In this document: positions 18,071-25,950 of the stretch, piece by piece
How the letters are laid out: every line of letters begins with the position of its first letter
Position numbering within the stretch: position 1 is the stretch's first letter
Origin: Nanobdellota archaeon
GTDB taxonomy: Archaea; Nanobdellota; Nanobdellia; SCGC-AAA011-G17; UBA489
DNA length: 64,000 nucleotides
Reading direction: 5' to 3'
NCBI GenBank assembly: GCA_030699455.1
Contig: JAUYMN010000008.1
Span: 6,271 to 70,270 of the forward strand
The notes under the pieces: generated by a model
Seen by the model: the letters and a program-made list of their open reading frames with translations, nothing else
Database searches by the model: none
Told to the model about the DNA's origin: nothing
Program-made: the position numbers and the translations under genes

Positions 18071-19900
18071 ATGGCGTGGTCTTTGAAAAAAAAGGATAAT
18101 TCTGAACTTAAGCCTCTGAGGTTTACTAATGGGAAAACTCAAGAAGATATTGTTGATGAGGTTATGGAAGCAATTGGGAAGGGCCATAGAGTAATATTTT
18201 TGAAAGGAATCTGTGGAAGTGGCAAAAGTGCAATTTCACTAAATATCGCAAAAGAATGTGGAAGGGCAAGTATTGTAGTGCCTGTGAAATACTTACAGGA
18301 GCAGTATAAAACAGATTACAGTGATAACATGTGTGTTATGAAAAATGGTATTCCAATGAAGATACAAAACCTTACAGGAAGAAATAACTTTGACTGCCTA
18401 TATGACGGAAATTCCAAGGCTGACGACAAGTTTTTACCATGTTCTATTGAACTAAGACAGGATAACTGGGATTTAATTAAAGCATACCTTAAGAACAACG
18501 AGGACGTTAATGTTGAAAATTTTACGGGTGTTGATGATGTCAGAAGATTGAGTGTTGCCGCTGCCTGTCCTTATTGGAGCCCCGTTATTGGCAAAGAATG
18601 GTTTGGAGATTATGGTTTAACAAGTGCAAAACAGTATACTTATACTGGGCTAAAGGGAAAGGAGTTTATAATCCATAAAAGAAAAGATGGATGCAAATAT
18701 TATGAGCAGTTTATGAGTTATTTAGACGCTGATGTTCTAATTTTTAACAGCAGAAAATATGAAATAGAAAATGCACTAGATAGGAAGCCTGCAACTGATG
18801 TTGAAATAATAGACGAATGTGATGAGTTTTTGGACAAGTTTAGTGATGAAAAGCACTTAAACTTGAATTTTATGCAGAAAAAGATTGATGAAGTTTTTAG
18901 GAGAAATACAACTCCAAGCGATGTAAAAGAAGTTTTGGGAGAGATTAATGGCATGTTAAGGGAGCTTATCGGGGCCAAATGGATGAAAAGCATGATTGAT
19001 GATGAAGAAATAATCGAGTTAAAAAATACTAAACTGAAAGATTTATTTGCCAAGATATTAACTAACGAATTTTTGATGGAATATGAGGAACTTGAGCCAT
19101 ACTATGCTTTGGCAAAGAATTTTGAAAATCTGATGGAAGATACTTATGCGGCTTTCGACCTAAATAAGAGGGAAGACATTATTGCCCATATCGTAAACAT
19201 AAATCTTAAGAGAAAATTTAACGAAATTTTGGATAAAAATAAAGTTTTTGTCATGATGTCCGGCACCTTACATAGCGATGAAGTCCTAAAAGATATCTTC
19301 GGTTTAACTGATTTTGTAGTTATTGAAGCTGAAACCGAACACAGGGGTATTGTAAGAAAAAACATAACCGGCAGAGAGAAGAACTGCAGATATAGGGATT
19401 TTCAGGAAGGAAGAATTACCAGGAAGGAATACTTGGAAATTTTGCAGGAGTGTATCATGTGCGCTGAAAAACCAATATTAATACATGTCAACAGTTATGC
19501 AGATATGCCTACTTGCGAAGAAAAAGAAAAATACAACCTAAACATCATGAGCCGTGAAAAACTGCAGGAACTGCAGGACAGATACAAGAAAGGCGAGTTG
19601 TTGCAGATGTTCAAGGATGGGAAAATTGATGTATTATACAGCACAAAATGTAACAGGGGTGTTGACCTTCCAGGTGATATGTGTAAAAGCATAATATTCA
19701 CAAAGTATCCATTTCCTGGTATGAAAGATATTTTCTGGAAAGTTTTGCAAAAAAAGAATCCTGAAGAATTCAGAAAATTTTATTTTGATAAAGCAAAAAG
19801 AGAATTTATTCAAAGAATTTACAGAGGACTTAGAAACCATGATGACATTGTTAACCTGCTAAGCCCTGACTTGAGAGTCATGAGATCAGGATTATCCTAA
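18071..19900 (+). CDS. XPD/Rad3/DinG-family helicase
   Basis: Walker A GICGSGKSA, IIDECDEF, clustered Cys (FDCLYD, LPCS, AACPYW), and a C-terminal RGVDLPG...IIFTKYPFP. Confidence 0.7.
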   Translation: MAWSLKKKDNSELKPLRFTNGKTQEDIVDEVMEAIGKGHRVIFLKGICGSGKSAISLNIAKECGRASIVVPVKYLQEQYKTDYSDNMCVMKNGIPMKIQNLTGRNNFDCLYDGNSKADDKFLPCSIELRQDNWDLIKAYLKNNEDVNVENFTGVDDVRRLSVAAACPYWSPVIGKEWFGDYGLTSAKQYTYTGLKGKEFIIHKRKDGCKYYEQFMSYLDADVLIFNSRKYEIENALDRKPATDVEIIDECDEFLDKFSDEKHLNLNFMQKKIDEVFRRNTTPSDVKEVLGEINGMLRELIGAKWMKSMIDDEEIIELKNTKLKDLFAKILTNEFLMEYEELEPYYALAKNFENLMEDTYAAFDLNKREDIIAHIVNINLKRKFNEILDKNKVFVMMSGTLHSDEVLKDIFGLTDFVVIEAETEHRGIVRKNITGREKNCRYRDFQEGRITRKEYLEILQECIMCAEKPILIHVNSYADMPTCEEKEKYNLNIMSREKLQELQDRYKKGELLQMFKDGKIDVLYSTKCNRGVDLPGDMCKSIIFTKYPFPGMKDIFWKVLQKKNPEEFRKFYFDKAKREFIQRIYRGLRNHDDIVNLLSPDLRVMRSGLS

Positions 19901-20047
19901 GAGGTGAATTGCCGCTTCTATTACTATAACTGCAACTATCATTGCGATTACTGTTTTTGGGCTTATCTCAAATTTAGTTTTATATTCATCAAAATACCTT
20001 ACTAATCCACCACCTGATTGGGGCATCTGAATTTTTTCTTGTACCAT
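19892..20047 (-). CDS. secG: preprotein translocase Sec61-beta (archaeal SecG)
   Basis: GGGLVRYFDE followed by a C-terminal TM. Start trimmed to MVQEK. Confidence 0.7.
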   Translation of the reverse strand: MVQEKIQMPQSGGGLVRYFDEYKTKFEISPKTVIAMIVAVIVIEAAIHLLG

Positions 20048-20085
20048 GATTATATGTTTTAGAGAGTATTTAAAAGGGTTTTGAT

Positions 20086-20193
20086 TCAAATTAAACCTAT
20101 TTCTGAACAGTCTATGCTATAGCCACAATTATCACAAACTCTTTTGCAGTGCCTATCCTTTAATTGATGATTGCAAACAATGCAGTTTTCCAT
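20086..20193 (-). CDS. small zinc-ribbon protein (35 aa)
   Basis: MENCIVCNHQ...CKRVCDNCGYSIDC with several CxxC pairs. Below the ORF-track cutoff. Confidence 0.3.
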   Translation of the reverse strand: MENCIVCNHQLKDRHCKRVCDNCGYSIDCSEIGLI

Positions 20194-20275
20194 TTTTATT
20201 GTTACATTATACAAATTTTATTAAGCTTTTGTTAGTCTTGATATGTGCCCATAGTTGTGTGAGCCTTGAAAAAAA

Positions 20276-20625
20276 GTTAGGAGTGAATAAGCCACCTTCT
20301 GTTGGTCTTCTTTTCACGAAGATAAGAGTAGACCATTCCAACATTCAACTTAGCGTCTTAATGACTTGCACCAACCAGGGCTCGTTGTTTCATCGTTTCC
20401 TTTGCAAACGCTCGACTGGTTATCTTATTGTTTTCACAAACAATGTCAGGTATCATTACATACCCATGGCTTTTAATCCATGCAATCTCTTTGCTTAACA
20501 AACAAAGGCCGTGTTGTTTCTGGACGGTTGCCATCCATTTCTGGATCTTCTCAAAGAGAAGTGGTTTTTAATGGTGGGCGGACTTTCCTCAGTGTAAACA
20601 CCGATAGTTGGATGACACTCCTAAC
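20276..20625 (-). ncRNA. rnpB: RNase P RNA
   Basis: CR-I GAGGAAAGTCCGCCC and CR-V ACAGAAGGTGGCTTA. P4 pairing AAGUCCGCC/GGUGGCUU has the bulged U. P1 is a perfect 10 bp, GTTAGGAGTG/CACTCCTAAC. TTTTTAAA lies about 27 nt upstream. Confidence 0.8.
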
Positions 20626-20733
20626 TATTGTATTGGTTTAAACTGCTTTAAAAAGGTATTGAAAAGGTCCGTAGGACGACGCCCCTCTCTCTTTTTGTTT
20701 CTTTTTTCTAAAAAGAAAAGTAAGCAATCAAAA

Positions 20734-20832
20734 AATTGAATATAATTTCTGTTATGCTCTCCGAACGAAGTGAGAACCTGCAAGGCGTGGCAAAATCTCT
20801 TCGAGATTTTGCGTTCAGAAGGTCGCTCGGTG
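20734..20832 (+). repeat. junction-core repeat, full unit (core + hairpin + right arm)
   Basis: aattgaatataatttctGTTATGCtctccgaacgaagtgag, then a 10-bp stem gcaaaatctc/gagattttgc (20790-20812), then right arm gttcagaaggtcgctcgg. Confidence 0.7.
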
Positions 20833-20853
20833 GTGGGACGGTGCGCGTTTTAT

Positions 20854-21609
20854 TTAATATGGACTCTTCCAAAAATAATTGAAATATTTCATGAAACTTT
20901 CTTTAATTCTGTCAGATTCTAATACAAATGCAAAAGATTGTTTTCCCCACAAAATTTGTACTACTTTATTTCCAAAAATAATTGCTACCATGGGCACATA
21001 CATATCTTTTGGGAGTGAGCAATATTTATAGTAAGCTTTCTTGTGTTGGCTTATTTTTTCTGGTTCTAAATCTTTCAAATAAGTACCATAACTAACTAAA
21101 TCATTCATCATATGCTTTTTTTTAATTCTTCGTTCCATCCAATGTTCAAACCATACTTGTAAATTTTCAGGAACTGTTTTGTAGTTTTCAAAGCTATTTC
21201 CTCCTAACCAAAATGATTCTTTATGCTCAAGTATCTCTTCAAAAAGCGTTTTGATTGCCTCATTGCCCCTAAAAATTTCTGCCATTATTTCAGGTTTGGA
21301 GAGTTCAAAAAGTTTTTTTATGTCGGGAATTTGTTCTTCTAGTTCCTTTAATCTTTTCTCTTTTCCCTTTATTTCTTCAAGAAGCTTATTTGGGTGTGTG
21401 CATTGGTAAGTTCTCTTGCCTTTTTCAATAGTATAAGAAACAAGCCCTGCTTCTATTAATTTATTCAGAATGTCATAAATATTTCTTCGTTCTATTCCTG
21501 TTTTTTCTTGTATTTTGTTAATAGTGGATATGCCCAATTCTAGAACTGCCGAATAAACTTTGATCTGCCCATCGCTTAAACCTAATTCCTTCAGATTTTT
21601 AAGTATCAT
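20854..21609 (-). CDS. TrmB-family transcriptional regulator (paralog 2)
   Basis: MILKNLKELGLSDGQIKVYSAVLELG...RRNIYDILNKLIEAGLV. Start trimmed to 21609. Confidence 0.75.
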   Translation of the reverse strand: MILKNLKELGLSDGQIKVYSAVLELGISTINKIQEKTGIERRNIYDILNKLIEAGLVSYTIEKGKRTYQCTHPNKLLEEIKGKEKRLKELEEQIPDIKKLFELSKPEIMAEIFRGNEAIKTLFEEILEHKESFWLGGNSFENYKTVPENLQVWFEHWMERRIKKKHMMNDLVSYGTYLKDLEPEKISQHKKAYYKYCSLPKDMYVPMVAIIFGNKVVQILWGKQSFAFVLESDRIKESFMKYFNYFWKSPY

Positions 21610-21697
21610 ATGGTGTTGTATAATACCACATATATTTAAATATTTAGTCATATCAATACTATTAACAAGTAACAACAAATGTAAGGAGGTAATCAAA

Positions 21698-22147
21698 ATG
21701 AACATAAAAAAAATTTATGAAGCAGGCAAAAAAGGATTGGCGGGAATTGTTTTAGCAGGTACTCTCGCGTTAAATGGTTGTGTAGATCACCAAGAGCATA
21801 CAACTCAAGAATTGCCTTATTTTGCAGTTAAAAACATAGAAACAGTTTTGGCAATGGATCATGGAGAACGACCAAGACATGTAGAAAATGGTGTGGTTTA
21901 CACGCCAATGGTAAGATTTGACACTCAATTTCCACAATTGGAAGGAGTAAAAGCACAACAAGGAGATAAAACATACATTTTTCGGTCAAGCATGTATGAT
22001 GGACGTTTAACTGAAATAAGCAACACAGAAGGCGAAGCATATCTAAGAGTTGGAATGCTACCGGAAGAATTTAATTCCTTTAACGACGGAGTAGGAAAAG
22101 GTGCTGACACAAGCTATGCCAAGTTTATAGAAGAATTTAACAAATAA
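21698..22147 (+). CDS. lipobox lipoprotein, hypothetical
   Basis: MNIKKIYEAGKKGLAGIVLAGTLALNGC has a signal peptide and lipobox Cys. SD-like aaggagg upstream; divergent from TrmB paralog 2. Confidence 0.6.
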   Translation: MNIKKIYEAGKKGLAGIVLAGTLALNGCVDHQEHTTQELPYFAVKNIETVLAMDHGERPRHVENGVVYTPMVRFDTQFPQLEGVKAQQGDKTYIFRSSMYDGRLTEISNTEGEAYLRVGMLPEEFNSFNDGVGKGADTSYAKFIEEFNK

Positions 22148-22190
22148 AGATAAATTTTTATTTTTTTATTTTTTAACGCGCCGTCCACGT

Positions 22191-22207
22191 GGGGGGGGGG
22201 GGGGGGG
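22191..22207 (+). repeat. G17 homopolymer
   Basis: 17 consecutive G in an AT-rich genome, directly after the right inverted-repeat arm 22175-22188. Confidence 0.9.
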
Positions 22208-22232
22208 TTGGTAGGGAGAAGAGTGACCTTCT

Positions 22233-22378
22233 GAATTACGCCTAACCCTTGTTATACAAGGGTGAGGAGCGAAGCGACGAAAGCGTAGCGTCCCCAAGTG
22301 AGCGAAGCGAACGCAGCGTAAGGCACAGGGACACGTTCCATCAAGTGAGCACAGCGAACCATCCAGAACAAGAATCAA
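22233..22378 (+). repeat. junction-core repeat (variant) plus GC-rich iteron block
   Basis: gaattacgcctaacccttGTTATACaagggt places GTTATAC in the loop of a 6-bp stem. Two 17-mers follow: aagtgagcgaagcgaac (22296-22312) and aagtgagcacagcgaac (22343-22359). Confidence 0.65.
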
Positions 22379-22442
22379 GGGGACACTCTCTTGATGGTGC
22401 TTACACACTTGTAACTTTTTATTGAGAAAACGGGGGCAACTA
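22379..22442 (+). repeat. left arm of 64-bp perfect inverted repeat
   Basis: Exact reverse complement of 24939-25002. Includes the TAG stop of the TrmB gene. Confidence 0.95.
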
Positions 22443-23162
22443 CAATGGCTTTGCTATACCCCACATCACATTAAAATAATTTGTAAATGCTTTAGCACTA
22501 TCTTCACTTATGATTTGTATTGTAGTAATCTCTTTCTCTTGAATGATACCAATAATAACAACATCTTCATAGATCATATAACCCACTCGTGCTATAAAAC
22601 TTTTTGGTAGAACACGAATATTATCTTTTTTCATTATTGAGAGAAGATCTTTTACTTCTGGAATATTAGGCTGCACTGTTTTCATTTTCATCTTTTTTGC
22701 TTTTTGCTCAATGAATTTTCTAGAAAATTTTAATGCTTTAAAGAAAAATAATCCCCCGCCAACCCAGTAAACATTCTTATTTGATTTTACTGCTTCTTCA
22801 ACTACTGCTTTTGCACCCTCTAATCCAACAAAAACGTTGATTTTTGGTGATTTTTCTTCTGATTCATAAAAACTTTTTAGGTTTGGAAGAGCATCATTGA
22901 GAATTTTGTTTTTTTCTTCAAGAAATATCTTAAGACTTTCTGGATTTGTGGCTTGAAAGTATTTCACTCCATTTTTTATTTTGAAATTGACAATTCCTCT
23001 GCGAAGAAGTATATTTAGGTTGTCATAGATTGTTCTTCGGTGTACTTCTGTTTCTTTAGATAATTGAACAGCAGTAGATTCTTTTTTCTTAAGAAGAGCG
23101 AGGTAAATTTTTGCTTCTGTTTCTGAAAGTCCAATTTTTCTTAGTGAGTCTTGTAAATCCAT
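22440..23162 (-). CDS. TrmB-family transcriptional regulator (paralog 3)
   Basis: LRKIGLSETEAKIYLALLKKK...HRRTIYDNLNILLRRGIV. Confidence 0.8.
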   Translation of the reverse strand: MDLQDSLRKIGLSETEAKIYLALLKKKESTAVQLSKETEVHRRTIYDNLNILLRRGIVNFKIKNGVKYFQATNPESLKIFLEEKNKILNDALPNLKSFYESEEKSPKINVFVGLEGAKAVVEEAVKSNKNVYWVGGGLFFFKALKFSRKFIEQKAKKMKMKTVQPNIPEVKDLLSIMKKDNIRVLPKSFIARVGYMIYEDVVIIGIIQEKEITTIQIISEDSAKAFTNYFNVMWGIAKPL

Positions 23163-23262
23163 TCTAACATATATTATTCTTAGTTTTATTTAAACTTTTC
23201 GTTATTGGTGTGGAAATCCCCACACATTGATTTATATTCTTAAATATGACTACTAAAGAATA

Positions 23263-23940
23263 ATGAACACCCAACTAGATAATCCATTTAGAGAAGAGCA
23301 AATTGCAGAGATTTATTCTAGGCATAGCCATAAATATCATGCTCATCAAAGAGCATTTGAAGCATTTAGGACACTTATCCCTCTAGATAGCCGAGTTTTA
23401 GAAATTGGCGTAGGCACAGGTGCTTTTACAGATTTATTGCTTTCTGTTGGATATGATGTTAAAGGTATTGATAGATCAGAAAAAATGCTGAAAAGAGCCT
23501 CTGAACGAGTTCGTGCTTTATCTGAACATTGCGATTTGTTGGATCATGATTCTTCCGGAAAATATGATGTTGTGGTTTCGCATAGTGGTGGATTTACATT
23601 CAAAAGAGGAAAATTTGAGACGTATTATCAAGATGAAGACAATTTAGAGAAAGCACTTCAAAAAGTTCATAATGTTCTTGTTGATGAAGGAAGATTTCTT
23701 GTAGATAAAGGAGAACATGAATCCGAGATAGATTTAGGAGATGGAACAATATTCTCCGTAGAACAAGAAGATAGAGAAAAATCTCGGATTTATACTTATA
23801 CTTTCAAGCAAGGAGATAGAGAGATTACGAAGCAACAAAGACGTTTAGTATTTTTTCCAGAAGAATTGCAAAGAATGAGTTCTCCGTATTTTAATTGGAA
23901 TTTTGCAAATAAACTTTGGATAATTGGTGAAAGGATATGA
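23263..23940 (+). CDS. class I SAM-dependent methyltransferase
   Basis: VLEIGVGTGAFT motif I and DVVVSH. Confidence 0.8.
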   Translation: MNTQLDNPFREEQIAEIYSRHSHKYHAHQRAFEAFRTLIPLDSRVLEIGVGTGAFTDLLLSVGYDVKGIDRSEKMLKRASERVRALSEHCDLLDHDSSGKYDVVVSHSGGFTFKRGKFETYYQDEDNLEKALQKVHNVLVDEGRFLVDKGEHESEIDLGDGTIFSVEQEDREKSRIYTYTFKQGDREITKQQRRLVFFPEELQRMSSPYFNWNFANKLWIIGERI

Positions 23941-24941
23941 TGAATCAATTAAGACAATCATTAAGAGAATTTAAGAGTGATTTTGATAGAAAAATTGTCG
24001 CATATTTTGATGCAAAAATTGGTGAACAAGCAAATCCGGAGTTGAAAGAAGTTTTTGGTCATCTGAAAGATTATGTTTTAGCAGGGGGGAAACGTCTTAG
24101 ACCGAATATTCTTTACAGAATAAATCAAGAATTCAAACAATTAGATGGAATTGATAATGTTCTTCTTGCTTTTGAGTTTCTTCATAATTCTACGTTAATT
24201 GATGATGATGTGATAGATGAACATGATACAAGAAGAAGCAGAGCAACTCTTCCAACAGTTTATGGTGATAGAAATTATAGAGGAGATTTTGCTGCTTTGT
24301 TAAGCGCTAACTTACTAAGAAATGCAGGAATTGATTTAATTGTAAATTCAGAATTATCAAGAGATTTTCAAAGAGAATGTGGGTTGGCGTATCAAGACAT
24401 AGGAAGAAGCATAGATTTAGCACAAATTCTCGATTTAGAATATAGGGGAAGATTGAATTTATTAGAAGAAGATTATATTGCTCAAGCAGATTTAGTGGCA
24501 GCAAGATTTATCGCTTATATGTTTCAACTCTGCACACCTGAAAAATACAAAGAAGAATTTTATCAAGTAGGAAGAAATTTAGGGATTGCATTTCAGTTAG
24601 CAGATGATTTAATGGATATAGATGCAACAAAGCAGAAAGGTCGTGGTCTTGGCTCAGATATTAGAGAAGGAACACCAACATTATTATCAATTTATGCTTC
24701 AGAAAGATTAGAGGGTGTAGATAGAGAAAAGTTTAGAGGATTATTTGGCAAAAAAGATTTAACAGAGGATGAATTACAATGGATTATTACTCAATATGAA
24801 AACAGTGCAGTCATAGAAGATTCAAGAGAAAGAGTTAGAGATTACATTAATAGAGCAAATCACATTTTATCAGATGTGGGAATTCCTCAAGATCATTGGA
24901 TAGTCGCATTTGGTGAGTATAGTTTACAGCGATCTCATTAG
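23937..24941 (+). CDS. polyprenyl (trans-isoprenyl) diphosphate synthase
   Basis: First DDxxD (LIDDDVID) and second DDxxD (LADDLMD). ATGA overlap with the methyltransferase gene. Confidence 0.85.
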   Translation: MMNQLRQSLREFKSDFDRKIVAYFDAKIGEQANPELKEVFGHLKDYVLAGGKRLRPNILYRINQEFKQLDGIDNVLLAFEFLHNSTLIDDDVIDEHDTRRSRATLPTVYGDRNYRGDFAALLSANLLRNAGIDLIVNSELSRDFQRECGLAYQDIGRSIDLAQILDLEYRGRLNLLEEDYIAQADLVAARFIAYMFQLCTPEKYKEEFYQVGRNLGIAFQLADDLMDIDATKQKGRGLGSDIREGTPTLLSIYASERLEGVDREKFRGLFGKKDLTEDELQWIITQYENSAVIEDSRERVRDYINRANHILSDVGIPQDHWIVAFGEYSLQRSH

Positions 24942-25002
24942 TTGCCCCCGTTTTCTCAATAAAAAGTTACAAGTGTGTAAGCACCATCAAGAGAGTGTCC
25001 CC
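24939..25002 (+). repeat. right arm of 64-bp perfect inverted repeat
   Basis: Exact reverse complement of 22379-22442. Includes the TAG stop of the prenyl synthase gene. Confidence 0.95.
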
Positions 25003-25027
25003 CATCATTTTTAGTGTCCCGAGTAAT

Positions 25028-25130
25028 ATGTCGTATAATCGCTGTTAAACTCCCCGAACGGAACGAAGTGAGGTGAAAGCGCAACGTGGTCGACCGAAGG
25101 GAGAGGTTCGGTGCTCGCCGAAAGTTTGTT
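25028..25130 (+). repeat. junction-core repeat, full unit without payload
   Basis: atgtcgtataatcgctGTTAAACtccccgaacggaacgaagtgag. ccgaac pairs with gttcgg and aaac with gttt. Ends at the next GTTATAG (25131). Confidence 0.65.
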
Positions 25131-25200
25131 GTTATAGTAGTTGTTGAAAAATATATTATTAACTTTCAAGTAGTAAAAGAAACGAAAGATTTATAAAGTA
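25117..25200 (+). repeat. cassette 5' flank repeat A, copy 1
   Basis: About 90 percent identical by eye to 30709-30792. Contains TTGTTGAAAAATA, AACGAAAGAT and the TTTATAAAG TATA box. Identity stops 3 nt after the TATA box. Confidence 0.85.
25190..25198 (+). promoter_or_regulatory. TATA box (TTTATAAAG)
   Basis: About 25 nt upstream of the ATG at 25219. Confidence 0.5.
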
Positions 25201-25218
25201 TAGCAAATAACTATCAAT

Positions 25219-25605
25219 ATGAAAATGAATAAAACTTTAACTAGCATCGTTTTGGCAGGAGCTTTAGCTCTTAGTGGCTGTAGTGGAAAAGTCGACGATT
25301 CTAGATATGATTTCAAGGGAAAACTTGGAGATGAACAGGTAGAATTTATACGACAAGGCAATTTTTTGGTCTCCTCTGTAGATGATGGGTTATATTTAAC
25401 AGTTACAAAAGCAGATGGAAAAACTATAACTTATATCGACAGAGGAAATGATTTGAAACTAGATGAAGTAATAATCGGATACGAAGTTTATATAAATGAT
25501 GCTGTTGGACAAAACGCATTAGAATTGGCACAACAACAATTTGATGGTTATTTGACAAAAATTCTTGAATATAAACAGCAAAAAGCTGTTGATGCAATCA
25601 AGTAA
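25219..25605 (+). CDS. lipobox lipoprotein, hypothetical
   Basis: MKMNKTLTSIVLAGALALSGC has a signal peptide and lipobox. Confidence 0.6.
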   Translation: MKMNKTLTSIVLAGALALSGCSGKVDDSRYDFKGKLGDEQVEFIRQGNFLVSSVDDGLYLTVTKADGKTITYIDRGNDLKLDEVIIGYEVYINDAVGQNALELAQQQFDGYLTKILEYKQQKAVDAIK

Positions 25606-25763
25606 ATCTTTCGTTCTATAATTTTTATTTTTCAACAATTTCATTAAAATTTTGTTAGGCAAAGTTACGAAGTAATTTTGTGAAAGTTTTCTGTTATGAT
25701 TTTAACGAAGATAACAACATTAGAATTTTTGGTTTTAACCTCTGTGAGGCGAGCCCCGAATTG
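25606..25763 (+). repeat. cassette 3' flank repeat B, copy 1
   Basis: Starts immediately after the stop codon and is near-identical to 31127-31283. ATCTTTCGTT and TATTTTTCAACAA are inverted copies of elements in repeat A. Contains a degenerate core at 25693. Confidence 0.85.
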
Positions 25764-25856
25764 AACTTAATGCCTGTTATATTCTTGAACGGAACGAAGT
25801 GTAATGAGACGAGCAAAGCGAAGAGTTTTGCGTTAGCAAGATTGTACATAATCGCT
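25759..25856 (+). repeat. junction-core repeat, full unit without payload
   Basis: aattgaacttaatgcctGTTATATtcttgaacggaacgaagtg, hairpin gcaaa/tttgc, and right arm gcgttagcaagattgtacataatcgct abutting the next GTTATAT. Confidence 0.65.
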
Positions 25857-25921
25857 GTTATATTCTTCGAATGAAATGAGGCCAAAATCTGAAGGATTTT
25901 GAGTTTCTGATGGCACAAATT
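25841..25921 (+). repeat. junction-core repeat, left arm of the hicBA cassette
   Basis: attgtacataatcgctGTTATATtcttcgaatgaaatgag, hairpin caaaatc/gattttg (25883-25901), then the left inverted-repeat arm tttctgatggcacaaatt (25904-25921). Confidence 0.65.
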
Positions 25922-25929
25922 ATATAAAT
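25921..25929 (+). promoter_or_regulatory. TATA box (TATATAAAT) for hicB
   Basis: About 26 nt upstream of the ATG at 25951, directly after the left inverted-repeat arm. Confidence 0.45.
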
Positions 25930-25950
25930 CATTACATATGGAATAATATT

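Noticed and set aside
20199-20498. 99-aa plus-strand ORF and a 58-aa minus-strand ORF (MATVQKQHGLCLL...) in the gap after Sec61-beta.
   Set aside because: Both lie inside the RNase P RNA gene (20276-20625), which has strong CR-I, CR-V, P1 and P4 evidence. They are treated as chance ORFs in a structured RNA.
22166-22408. 80-aa minus-strand ORF rich in Pro, Arg and Cys.
   Set aside because: It is a translation of the poly-G tract and the GC-rich iteron block of the junction repeat. It has no start context or protein-like features.
25680-25918. ORFs 25680-25874 (+) and 25694-25918 (-).
   Set aside because: They span repeat B and two junction cores. The same DNA recurs non-codingly at 31200-31283 with a stop (agg tga) in the equivalent frame.
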